Origin: an uncultured Ruminococcus sp.
Lineage (GTDB): Bacteria > Bacillota > Clostridia > Oscillospirales > CAG-272
DNA: 64,000 nucleotides
Direction: 5' to 3'
Assembly (NCBI GenBank): GCA_905202255.1
Contig: CAJKRH010000001.1
Location: 18,940 to 82,939 of the forward strand
Position 1 is the stretch's first letter. The number at the start of each line of letters is the position of its first letter. The notes under the pieces were generated by a model. That model did not search any database. It had not been told where the DNA came from and saw nothing but the letters and a program-made list of their open reading frames with translations. Shown piece by piece: positions 8,584-17,228 of this stretch. A program made the translations under genes and the position numbers.

Positions 8584-9621
8584 TTATTTCAGCATATCGG
8601 CGATATCATAGATGAGTCGCTCTGTCTTTTTCCAACCGATGCAGGGATCGGTTATCGACTTGCCGTAGATATTTTCGCCTATCTTCTGTGCGCCGTCCTC
8701 GAGATAACTCTCTATCATGAGACCTTTCACGAGTTTGCGCACGCTCGGATTATAATTGCAACTGTTCAGCACTTCCTTGGAAATACGAATCTGCTCGTTA
8801 TATTTCTTGCCCGAGTTTGCATGGTTTGTATCGACGATGACGGCAGGATTCTGGAGATTCTTCTCCGCATAGGTATCCGCGAGGAAGATAAGGTCCTCAT
8901 AATGATAGTTCGGCATGGACTGACCGTGCTTATTCACATAGCCGCGCAGAATAGCATGTGCATAAGGATTGCCCTTGCTGACGACCTCCCATCCGCGATA
9001 AATAAACGAATGTGGATGCTGCGCCGCCGTTATTGAGTTCATCATAACGGAAATATCGCCGCTCGTCGGATTCTTCATGCCGACGGGAATATCGAGTCCG
9101 CTCGCGGTGAGACGATGATGCTGATCCTCCACAGAGCGCGCACCGACAGCAACATATGAGAGCAAATCGGAAAGATAACGGTGATTTTCCGGATAGAGCA
9201 TTTCATCTGCACAGGAGAAGCCTGTCTCGGCAAGCGCTCTCATATGAACCTCGCGCATAGCGATAACGCCCTTGAGCAGGTCAGGCGTAGCATTTGAATC
9301 CGGCTGATGAAGCAGACCCTTGTAGCCGTCGCCTGTCGTTCTCGGCTTGCCTGTATAGATTCTCGGGATGATGACTATCTTATCGGCAACCTTATCCTGC
9401 ACGGTGCGCAGGCGGCTGATATAATCAAGCACGGCATCCTCTCTGTCCGCCGAGCAGGGTCCTATCACAAGGATAAATTTATCGCTCTCGCCGGAAAATA
9501 CGGCTTTTATCGCCTCGTCGTTTGCAGCCTTCTTTGCCGCGAGCTCGGGAGAAACTGGAAATTGCTCCTTTATCTCCTTCGGTATCGGCAGTTTTCTCAA
9601 AAATTCCATATTCATAATCAT
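8584..9621 (-). CDS. 3-deoxy-7-phosphoheptulonate (DAHP) synthase, class I
   Basis: IPRIYTGKPRTTGDGYKGLLHQPD matches the KPRT..G.KGL motif region of class I DAHP synthases. It is the last gene of the aro operon. The start could be one of three close ATGs (9621, 9615 or 9609). Confidence 0.85.
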   Translation of the reverse strand: MIMNMEFLRKLPIPKEIKEQFPVSPELAAKKAANDEAIKAVFSGESDKFILVIGPCSADREDAVLDYISRLRTVQDKVADKIVIIPRIYTGKPRTTGDGYKGLLHQPDSNATPDLLKGVIAMREVHMRALAETGFSCADEMLYPENHRYLSDLLSYVAVGARSVEDQHHRLTASGLDIPVGMKNPTSGDISVMMNSITAAQHPHSFIYRGWEVVSKGNPYAHAILRGYVNKHGQSMPNYHYEDLIFLADTYAEKNLQNPAVIVDTNHANSGKKYNEQIRISKEVLNSCNYNPSVRKLVKGLMIESYLEDGAQKIGENIYGKSITDPCIGWKKTERLIYDIADMLK

Positions 9622-9649
9622 GTACCTCTTTTATTTGAATTTTTTCAAT

Positions 9650-10507
9650 TTATTTCTTATCAAAAAGCTTTCTTCTCGCGGTGGAACGGCGCATCATGTC
9701 GCGCAGACCTTCCCTGTCGTCTGCCTCGAGCAGCTCGCGCATCCTGTGAAATTCATCCTCAAAAAGCCGCATCTGCTCGGAGAGCGCTTCTTTATTCATG
9801 AGGAAAAGCTCGCTCCACATTCCGTCATTTATCTTCGCTATTCGCGTCAGGTCGCGGAAGGAGTCGCCCGTGTAGTCCACAAAATGCTCGCATTTATCGC
9901 GGCAGGTCATCAGCGATACGGCAATGCAATGTGTGAGCTGAGAGAGAAAAGCTATCATCTCATCATGCTCGTGCTCGCCGAGCTCCGTTATGCGGGAAAA
10001 TCCGAGCTCGCGTCCGAGCGTCTTGCAGAATTCTATCGCCTCGGGCGTGTTTTTCTCCGTCGGCACCACGATGTAGTTCGCTCCCGCGAAAACCGTGTCG
10101 TCACTGTGCTCAACGCCATAGAGTTCTCTGCCCGCCATCGGGTGTGCCGAGATAAATTCCGCCTGCGGAAGCATCTCCTGCACAGGGCGCACGATACCGC
10201 TTTTCACGCCCGTCAGGTCGGTGACTATAGCACCCTTTTTAATCAGGTAGCCGTAATTTTTCACCCAGTCGAGGAATGTATGCGGATAGAGCGCGAAAAC
10301 GATTATATCTGCATGAGATACGCTCTCTTCACTCGGTTCCGTATAGCCGCGCTCTATCATGCCGCACATGAGCGCATAGTCTATATCTTTCTGCTCGAGC
10401 GTGAGCGCCTCTATGTGATAACCCTTTTTCGAGAGCGCTTTCGCATAGCTGCCGCCCATCAGACCGAGACCGACTATCAGTATTCTTTTGTTCTTATCAA
10501 GCATCAT
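9650..10507 (-). CDS. tyrA: Prephenate dehydrogenase
   Basis: ILIVGLGLMGGSYAKAL is a Rossmann motif, followed by a prephenate dehydrogenase-like body (HPMAG). Operon context supports the call. Confidence 0.85.
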   Translation of the reverse strand: MMLDKNKRILIVGLGLMGGSYAKALSKKGYHIEALTLEQKDIDYALMCGMIERGYTEPSEESVSHADIIVFALYPHTFLDWVKNYGYLIKKGAIVTDLTGVKSGIVRPVQEMLPQAEFISAHPMAGRELYGVEHSDDTVFAGANYIVVPTEKNTPEAIEFCKTLGRELGFSRITELGEHEHDEMIAFLSQLTHCIAVSLMTCRDKCEHFVDYTGDSFRDLTRIAKINDGMWSELFLMNKEALSEQMRLFEDEFHRMRELLEADDREGLRDMMRRSTARRKLFDKK

Positions 10508-11708
10508 CTTTTTCTACCTCTATTCCGAGCGCGACAAGCTTATTAAAATAATCGGGAAAACTCTTGTTCACCGCCTGCGCGCCGTTTATGCTTCCGCCGA
10601 AAAGCGTCAGCAATGCACAGAGTGCCATCACTATCCTGTGGTCATTGTGCGATTCGAGCGGAGCGTCGGGCGCATGAAATTTCGCGGGATAAACCACGAT
10701 ATCGTCATCGCCGACGGTCACGCAGACGCCGAACTTGGCAAGCTCGCCCGCCATCGCCGCGCCGCGGTCGCTCTCTTTTATCTTCAGTCTGTGCGTCCCC
10801 GTGAAAACGCCGCCGTGCTTTGCCGCGGCGAGCGCAAAGAGCACGGGACCGAGGTCGGGACAATCGGAAATGTTTATCGAAGGAGTGCCGCGCTCCAGCA
10901 TCGGGAAAAATTCCTCATATGCCTTGTCGCCCTGCCCGCTCTCGGGGTCAAGCCCCGTGACTGTCACCTCCGAGCCGAGACTGTTGAGCACGGAGAAGAA
11001 AGCCGCATTCGAATAATCCGCTTCCACCGTCACATCGGCGCATTTATAGCTCTGACCGCCTGCGACGAAAAGCGTTCTTTCGTTTTTCCAATAGGCTTCC
11101 ACGCCGAATTTCTTCAGCGCGCCGAGCGTCAGCTCTATATATGAGCGGCTCTCTATCGGCGGCGCTATCGTTATCAGGCTGTCGCCCGAAAGAAGCGGAA
11201 GCGCAAAGAGGAGTCCGCTTATAAACTGACTGCTGATATTCCCGGGAATCTTGAAGTTTCCCGAAGTAAGCCTGCCGCCTACCTCGACGAAATCCGCTCC
11301 CTGCTTATAGGGCAGCCCCGCCGCGCGGCATATGCTTTTATATACATCGAGCGGACGGGAAAGCAGTGTTTCGCTTCCGCAGAGACGCGTTTTGCCGGAG
11401 AAAAGCATGCTTATCGGAATAAAGAAGCGGAGCGTACTTCCGCTCTCGCGGCAGTTAAGAGTGCGCTTTCCGCTCTCTGCAAAATCCGTGCCGTAAACGG
11501 TGACGGTATCTCCCGCAAGCTCGCATTTTGCACCTATCGCCCGCAGGCAATCAAGCGTGGCAAGCACATCCTGCGAGCACTCCACGCCGCGTATCACACT
11601 TTTGCCGCGGCAAAGACCCGCACATATCAGCAGGCGATGCGCCATGCTTTTTGAGGGAGGTGCGGCGACTGTGCCGTGCGCAGTTCCCTTTTTTATCGTA
11701 ACTCTCAT
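10497..11708 (-). CDS. aroA: 3-phosphoshikimate 1-carboxyvinyltransferase (EPSP synthase)
   Basis: PPSKSMAHRLLICAGL and ...CRESGSTLRFFIP motifs are typical of EPSP synthases. 403 aa. Confidence 0.9.
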   Translation of the reverse strand: MRVTIKKGTAHGTVAAPPSKSMAHRLLICAGLCRGKSVIRGVECSQDVLATLDCLRAIGAKCELAGDTVTVYGTDFAESGKRTLNCRESGSTLRFFIPISMLFSGKTRLCGSETLLSRPLDVYKSICRAAGLPYKQGADFVEVGGRLTSGNFKIPGNISSQFISGLLFALPLLSGDSLITIAPPIESRSYIELTLGALKKFGVEAYWKNERTLFVAGGQSYKCADVTVEADYSNAAFFSVLNSLGSEVTVTGLDPESGQGDKAYEEFFPMLERGTPSINISDCPDLGPVLFALAAAKHGGVFTGTHRLKIKESDRGAAMAGELAKFGVCVTVGDDDIVVYPAKFHAPDAPLESHNDHRIVMALCALLTLFGGSINGAQAVNKSFPDYFNKLVALGIEVEKDDA

Positions 11709-11717
11709 ATTTTTACC

Positions 11718-12812
11718 TCAATACGCGAAGTATTCCGTGCCATAGCGGCAGGAGAGCATATCATAGAGCACAAGCTCCGTCATCGCGCTTATCACAGGGC
11801 AGGCGCGGTGGACTATGCAAGGGTCATGTCGACCGTGTACAGTCAGCTTCGCTTCCTCTCCCGTGATGTAGTTTACGGTGTCCTGCTCGCGGGCTATGCT
11901 CGGAGTAGGCTTCACGGCGCAGGAAAAAACTACCGGCATTCCGTTTGTTATGCCGCCGTTTATGCCGCCGTTCATATTTGTTTTCGTATATATCCTGCCG
12001 TTTTCGGAGTAAAAAGCGTCGTTTGCCTCGCTCCCGCTCATACGGCAGAGGTCAAAGCCCGCGCCGAATTCTATTCCCTTTATCGCGGGAATGGCAAAAA
12101 TCGCATGGGAGATAAGCCCCTCAGCCGTATCGAAAAAAGGCTCGCCCACGCCCGCGGGAAGCCCGACGACAGCCGTTTCCGTCCTGCCGCCGATACTGTC
12201 CGACCGTTCTCTTGCCGCGAGTATCTCGCCGCGCATGAGCTCGCCCGCATCGGCTGAAATTGTCGGAAAAGCCGCCTCACGCAGTGCCTCTATCTCTGCT
12301 GTCGGGTCGGATGAAAAGCTTCTGTCGCCCACGCCGCCGAGCGTGAGAATATGCGTTGCCGCGGCTATCCCCCTGTCCGCGAGCGCACGCTCGACTATAG
12401 CCCCCGCGGCGACGACCGCCGCGGTTATTCTTCCCGAGAAATGCCCGCCGCCGCGTATATCCTGATATCCGCGGTATCGCATCTGCGCCGTATAGTCGGC
12501 GTGCCCGGGTCTTGCCAGCGTTTCCATTTTTGCGTAATCCGCACTTCTCGTATCGCTGTTTTCTATCTCTATGCAGAGCGGTGTGCCTGTTGTTTTCCCG
12601 CCGTAAACGCCGCTTATTATGCGGAAGCGGTCCGCTTCTCTTCTCGCCGTCGAAATCTCACCGCTCGGGCGCCTCTGAGAGAGCCTGCGTGCGATGAGTT
12701 CCTCATCAACGGGAATGCCGGAGGCAAGCCCGTCAAGCACGGCACCTATCGCGGCACCGTGGCTCTCGCCGAATATCGTTACGGCAAGGCTGTCGCCGAA
12801 TGTGTTTTTCAT
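11718..12812 (-). CDS. aroC: Chorismate synthase
   Basis: The N-terminus ...TIFGESHGAAIGAVLDG and ARPGHADY motifs support the call. 364 aa. Confidence 0.95.
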   Translation of the reverse strand: MKNTFGDSLAVTIFGESHGAAIGAVLDGLASGIPVDEELIARRLSQRRPSGEISTARREADRFRIISGVYGGKTTGTPLCIEIENSDTRSADYAKMETLARPGHADYTAQMRYRGYQDIRGGGHFSGRITAAVVAAGAIVERALADRGIAAATHILTLGGVGDRSFSSDPTAEIEALREAAFPTISADAGELMRGEILAARERSDSIGGRTETAVVGLPAGVGEPFFDTAEGLISHAIFAIPAIKGIEFGAGFDLCRMSGSEANDAFYSENGRIYTKTNMNGGINGGITNGMPVVFSCAVKPTPSIAREQDTVNYITGEEAKLTVHGRHDPCIVHRACPVISAMTELVLYDMLSCRYGTEYFAY

Positions 12813-13837
12813 ATCTGTGCCCCCTTGCCGAATGTCTTTTTCGCCAGCTCCGCTATCTCATGAGCCGTGTATCTGCGCATAGCGTATGTGCCCACCTTAT
12901 CACAGCAGACACAGACTATTCCGTCGTCCGCCGCCTTCTTGTCATGCGAAACAAGCTCCTCTGTCTCCTCCTCCGGGATATCGGCATAAGTGGGAAGTCC
13001 CGCTTTTTCAAGAAGCGGCACAAGCCTTGACTTCACCTCGGGAGAGGAAAAAACCAACATTCCCGCCGCCACACATTCGCCGTGGAGCCAGCCGAGGCGG
13101 CTCTCGATAGCATGTCCCACCGTGTGACCGAAATTCAGCGTGCGGCGAAGCGAGCTTTCCTTTTCATCCGCCTCGACCACGGCTTTCTTAATTTTCAGCG
13201 ATTCCGTGATTATCCTGTCTATATTTTTGTGCACCGTGCCGTTTTCGGCGCAGGCTGAAATGAAATCAAAAAGCTCCTCATCAAAAATGCACGCCATTTT
13301 TATCGATTCCGCAAGCCCCTCCGCAAAAAGCCGCTCATCGAGCGTATTGAGCGTATCGGCATCGATGATCACACGCTTCGGCTGATAAAATGCGCCGACG
13401 GCGTTCTTTACCCCTGCGAGGTTGACAGCCGTCTTGCCGCCGATGGAAGAATCCACCTGCGAGAGAAGCGTAGTCGGTATATTATAGAAATCCACACCGC
13501 GCATATATGCCGATGCGGCAAAGCCCGCGAGATCTCCGACCACGCCGCCGCCTACAGCCACCACGGCATCGCCGCGCGTAAATTCATGCAGGAGCATCGT
13601 GCGGCAGAGCATCTCAAAGGAAACGATGCTCTTGCTTCCCTCTCCGCACGCGAGCGTCACGATATGCGGCTCATAGCAGGCTTTCGCAACACTTTCGGCA
13701 TACTGTGCCGGCACGCCGTCGTCCGTGACGATGAGCACCTTCCGCGAGAGATTAAGCAGTTCTCCCACGCGGGAAAGCGCACCGCGCTCGCAGATTATAT
13801 CGTATTTTCCCGTACCTGTTCTGACGCTGAGAGTCAT
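12809..13837 (-). CDS. aroB: 3-dehydroquinate synthase
   Basis: VAVGGGVVGDLAGFAAS is a nucleotide-binding motif, and LNFGHTVGHAIE a metal-binding motif. Confidence 0.9.
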   Translation of the reverse strand: MTLSVRTGTGKYDIICERGALSRVGELLNLSRKVLIVTDDGVPAQYAESVAKACYEPHIVTLACGEGSKSIVSFEMLCRTMLLHEFTRGDAVVAVGGGVVGDLAGFAASAYMRGVDFYNIPTTLLSQVDSSIGGKTAVNLAGVKNAVGAFYQPKRVIIDADTLNTLDERLFAEGLAESIKMACIFDEELFDFISACAENGTVHKNIDRIITESLKIKKAVVEADEKESSLRRTLNFGHTVGHAIESRLGWLHGECVAAGMLVFSSPEVKSRLVPLLEKAGLPTYADIPEEETEELVSHDKKAADDGIVCVCCDKVGTYAMRRYTAHEIAELAKKTFGKGAQI

Positions 13838-13847
13838 ATTCCGCCTC

Positions 13848-14942
13848 CTATATTTTCATATGCAGACCGAATGTACCCGCAAGCTTGAGCCTGTCGCATC
13901 TGCCCTCAAGCTCGGCAAGCATCGCCCTGCCGTTTTCGCCGTTGACATCACCTTCAAGCTCGGCGTAGAAATAATACTGCCACATCGTGTCCTTCTGCGG
14001 TCTGCTGTGTATTGAGCGCATATTAAAGCCGTGACTGCCTATTATGTTGATTGCCTCGGCAAGCGCACCCGCCTCGTTTTTGACGGCGAACATGAGCACG
14101 CACCCCTGCCCGCTCGGGAAGCTCTGCTTGTCGTTTCTTACTCTCGAAACGGCGGCAAAGCGCGTTGTGTTGCTCCTCTCGGAATTTATATCGCGCTCGA
14201 TTATTTCAAGCCCGTAGAGCTTTGCCGTTTCATCGCTCGCTATCGCGGCGACAGTGCGATCGCCGCTCTCGGAAACAAATTTTGCCGCCGCCGCGGTGTT
14301 TTCAAAAGCTTTTGCCTGTATGCCCGCTTCCTCGAGAAAAGACGCACACTGCATCAGTGCCTGCGGATGGCTGAACACTGTTTTTATATCTGAGAGCCTT
14401 GCCCCGGGGAGCACCATCAGATTCTGCTCAACGGCAAGCTCATATACTCCGTTTATATAAAGGTTGCCCGCGAAAATGAGATCCACCACCTGCCCTACCT
14501 CGCCCGCGCTGCTGTTTTCTATCGGGAGAACGGCAACCTCGCATTCGCCTTCCTCAACCGCCGCATATGCCGCGGCAAAGCTCGGATAAGCCTTTGCCTC
14601 GCAATCCGCATATATATGCTTTGCCGCTATCTGGGCAAAAGCGCCCTCCACGCCGCAGTATGCCGCGCGGATACCCGAGAGCAGACTGCGCTGATACTCG
14701 CGCGAAACAGCCATGGTCGCGCGGATGAAGCTGATATAATATTCTTTCAGCGCCTCATCATCGATGAGCGCGGAATTTGCCTCCATCACTGCATTTTCCC
14801 TCGCCGTGTCCAGCACGGGAAGCCCATGCTCGCGCTTGTATTCGAGCACATCCTTCACCGCCGCCATCCTGCGACAGAAAAGCTTTGCCATCTCGGCATC
14901 CACAGAGTTTATTATCTTTCTCGCTTCCGTCAGCTTGTCCAT
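13848..14942 (-). CDS. pheA: Bifunctional chorismate mutase / prephenate dehydratase
   Basis: An N-terminal AroQ-type mutase segment (AEMAKLFCRRMAAVKDVLEYK) is followed by a PDT domain with TTRFAAV and an ACT region with HSRP. Confidence 0.85.
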   Translation of the reverse strand: MDKLTEARKIINSVDAEMAKLFCRRMAAVKDVLEYKREHGLPVLDTARENAVMEANSALIDDEALKEYYISFIRATMAVSREYQRSLLSGIRAAYCGVEGAFAQIAAKHIYADCEAKAYPSFAAAYAAVEEGECEVAVLPIENSSAGEVGQVVDLIFAGNLYINGVYELAVEQNLMVLPGARLSDIKTVFSHPQALMQCASFLEEAGIQAKAFENTAAAAKFVSESGDRTVAAIASDETAKLYGLEIIERDINSERSNTTRFAAVSRVRNDKQSFPSGQGCVLMFAVKNEAGALAEAINIIGSHGFNMRSIHSRPQKDTMWQYYFYAELEGDVNGENGRAMLAELEGRCDRLKLAGTFGLHMKI

Positions 14943-14980
14943 TTTGCTTCTCCATAATTTATCAGTGTTAATTTATTTGT

Positions 14981-15009
14981 ATTTTACCTCTTTTACGCCG
15001 AAATGTCAA
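14981..15009 (-). promoter_or_regulatory. Promoter of the aro operon (TTGACA-17 nt-TAAAAT)
   Basis: The minus strand reads TTGACA (15009..15004), a 17-nt spacer, then TAAAAT (14986..14981), about 40 nt upstream of the pheA ATG. Confidence 0.55.
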
Positions 15010-15160
15010 TGCTTTATACGAAAAAAATCGGTTTTTCTGCTTATTTTGTGAAAAACGGCACCAAAATATAGCTTTGCCGCCCTATTTTAGTGAAAACCGC
15101 TTGAAAAACGGCTGATTTTATGTTACAATAGCACCGATAAAAACTGTACGGAGGCACAAA

Positions 15161-15733
15161 ATGAAAGACACGGCGGCACTGAAAACGCTTCGCGAGCGCA
15201 TAATTTTAGCAGGAATAGCGGAAATCAGCCGAAACGGAATAACTGGATTTTCCATGCGCAGAGTGGCTGCAAGCTGCAATATCTCCTGCGCCACGCCGTA
15301 CAGCTACTTTGAAAACAAGGACAACTTCATCCTCGAGATGCTCCGCTACATCCGCGCTCAGTGGGAACTGATGGAAAAAGCCGTATGCACAGCGCACGAG
15401 GACGAACTCGAAAAGATAACCGAGCTCTGCCTGACATTCATCCTCTTTCTCAATGCCAATCCGCAGTTTCTCGCAGTGATAATGCTCGGCGATATCGATG
15501 CCACAGCCGAGCAGACCGAGGAGAAGCGGCTGATGACCGAGGGAATCGAGAGCCGCATCATAAATTACCGCCTGCAAAAGGGCGAGAGCAGAGAGTCCGC
15601 CGCCGAGATAGCCATGCTTGTGAAAGCCCTGCTCTACGGGACAACCTTTCTCATGCACGGTGCCGAAAAGGAGAGCGGCGATTCCGTTTATACCCGCGTG
15701 CGCCAGATTCTGAGCCGCGAACTGGATAAATAA
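15161..15733 (+). CDS. TetR/AcrR-family transcriptional regulator
   Basis: The N-terminal HTH GITGFSMRRVAASCNISCATPYSYFENKD supports the call. 190 aa. Confidence 0.8.
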   Translation: MKDTAALKTLRERIILAGIAEISRNGITGFSMRRVAASCNISCATPYSYFENKDNFILEMLRYIRAQWELMEKAVCTAHEDELEKITELCLTFILFLNANPQFLAVIMLGDIDATAEQTEEKRLMTEGIESRIINYRLQKGESRESAAEIAMLVKALLYGTTFLMHGAEKESGDSVYTRVRQILSRELDK

Positions 15734-15760
15734 AAAAACGGCTCGCCGAGCCGTTTTTTT
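15732..15760. terminator. Bidirectional terminator
   Basis: AAAAAAACGGCTC-GCC-GAGCCGTTTTTTT lies between the convergent TetR and SLOG genes. Confidence 0.65.
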
Positions 15761-16253
15761 ATTTGTTTTTCCAGAGCATTATGTATCTCACGGGCTTTCC
15801 CGTCTTTTCCGCATACGCTATCGTATTCCATGTTCCGCCCGCCCTCTCGCCGTTCCATACGGCAAGCACGAGGTCGGATTTATCAACCATATATTCGTTT
15901 CGCCGCTGATAGCACGACCTGTCAAAGCGCGGCGAAAATACCGTAGTTTTCACCCCGGGATATTCCGTTTCGAATATCCCGGATTTTTTATTCGGGTAAG
16001 GAAAAACCGCCTCGAAGGCTATCGCCTCTCCGCGCTCGCCGAGCTTTTCTTTTGCCCGCATAACCGCGAGAAAGAAATCGCTGTCAGCACCCTCCGCCAT
16101 GCCCGAGAGGAAAAGCCCGTAGCCCTCGCGGGCAAGCTCCTCTGCCGCGCGGCAAAGCCCGTCTGCATATTTTCTGTATGCTTCCCCGCTTCTGTCCGTA
16201 TAATCAAAAGGAAATTTATGCGGTCGATGCCCCGTAATGCAACAAATTTTCAT
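15759..16253 (-). CDS. SLOG-superfamily protein (DUF1273-like)
   Basis: MKICCITGHRPHKFPF... and a C-terminal VWNGERAGGTWNTIAYAEKTGKPV resemble DUF1273 proteins. AGGAG lies upstream of ATG 16253. Confidence 0.6.
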   Translation of the reverse strand: MKICCITGHRPHKFPFDYTDRSGEAYRKYADGLCRAAEELAREGYGLFLSGMAEGADSDFFLAVMRAKEKLGERGEAIAFEAVFPYPNKKSGIFETEYPGVKTTVFSPRFDRSCYQRRNEYMVDKSDLVLAVWNGERAGGTWNTIAYAEKTGKPVRYIMLWKNK

Positions 16254-16370
16254 AAAATTCTCCTTTTTTCGACTTTTGACCAGTATCGCGGTCAATATTT
16301 ACGATAATTATAGCACAAAATAATATCGGTTGCAACCGATACTGGTCAAATAATTAAAAAAGGTGATGAT

Positions 16371-16622
16371 ATGGAGCAGAAATTACGAAGAGACAGAAGA
16401 ATAGGCGATAATCTGCGTGCGCTTCGCGACAGCCACAATATCTCGCAGGAAAAGCTCTGCGCTATACTCCAGCTCCGCGGCTGCGATATCGCCCGCAGTT
16501 GCTATGCCAAATACGAATCCGGCGAGCTGAATGTCCGCATCAGCGTGCTCATTGAACTCAAGGAAATATACGGTTGCGAATATGAGGATTTTTTCGAAGG
16601 ACTCGGCCGAAAAAAGCCGTAA
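16371..16622 (+). CDS. XRE-family HTH protein
   Basis: IGDNLRALRDSHNISQEKLCAIL is a Cro/C1-type HTH. 83 aa. Confidence 0.75.
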   Translation: MEQKLRRDRRIGDNLRALRDSHNISQEKLCAILQLRGCDIARSCYAKYESGELNVRISVLIELKEIYGCEYEDFFEGLGRKKP

Positions 16623-16921
16623 GTCCCGCTCTGACGGAATATTTTGCAAAAAAGCTTCGGCACAGTACCGCGCAAAGTTAAAGCGGTCGCCGGAGCTTTT
16701 TTTTGCGGCAAGACGGCTCCGCGGCAAAAATCGCATCCGTAAGCCATATTTTTCGCAAAATGTGTATTTTTCTATTGTTTTTTCTTTCCGGCTATGATAT
16801 AATAGTAAATAAATGTTTATTTTTATATATAATCGCGTGCGATACATAATAAACACACTGCCGCGCCGAATCGGGCGCAAAACAAAAACGAAAAATTTTA
16901 TTTCTGAAAGGATATGATGAT

Positions 16922-17218
16922 ATGGAAATAAGCAAGGTACGCGACGGCGAAAAGCTGTCAATCAAACTCTCGGGGCGTCTCGACACGACAACGGCTCCGA
17001 AACTCGAAGCGGAACTCAAGCAGTCGATAGACGGAGTAAAAGCACTCGTTTTCGACTTTGGCGAGGTGGAATATATCTCGTCCGCAGGGCTTCGCGTTCT
17101 GCTCGCCGCGCAGAAAGTCATGAACCGTCAGGGCGAAATGAAACTGACGGGCGTGAATGCGGATGTCATGGAAATCTTTGAGATAACGGGCTTTTCGGAA
17201 ATTCTCACGATAGAATGA
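16922..17218 (+). CDS. STAS-domain anti-sigma-factor antagonist (SpoIIAA/RsbV-like)
   Basis: 98 aa containing ...FDFGEVEYISSAGLRVLLAA with the conserved phosphorylatable Ser context. Confidence 0.85.
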   Translation: MEISKVRDGEKLSIKLSGRLDTTTAPKLEAELKQSIDGVKALVFDFGEVEYISSAGLRVLLAAQKVMNRQGEMKLTGVNADVMEIFEITGFSEILTIE

Positions 17219-17228
17219 GCGGTAAAAT

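Noticed and set aside
9620-10546. Long antisense ORFs opposite well-supported genes. Examples on the + strand are 9620..10546, 10488..11144, 39847..40806, 41761..42597, 54228..55103 and 57890..58576. Examples on the - strand are 18495..19610, 20233..20904, 27762..28592 and 60040..60660.
   Set aside because: Each lies entirely within, and opposite to, a gene with clear family motifs. Their translations are R/H/L/C-rich with no motifs or RBS. These are typical shadow ORFs of biased-composition coding DNA.
14943-15160. A possible T-box or attenuator leader upstream of the aromatic amino acid operon.
   Set aside because: The TTGACA-17 nt-TAAAAT promoter sits only about 40 nt from the pheA ATG. 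There is no room for a T-box of about 200 nt, and no specifier or terminator-antiterminator pair is visible. The rest of the gap serves the divergent TetR gene.
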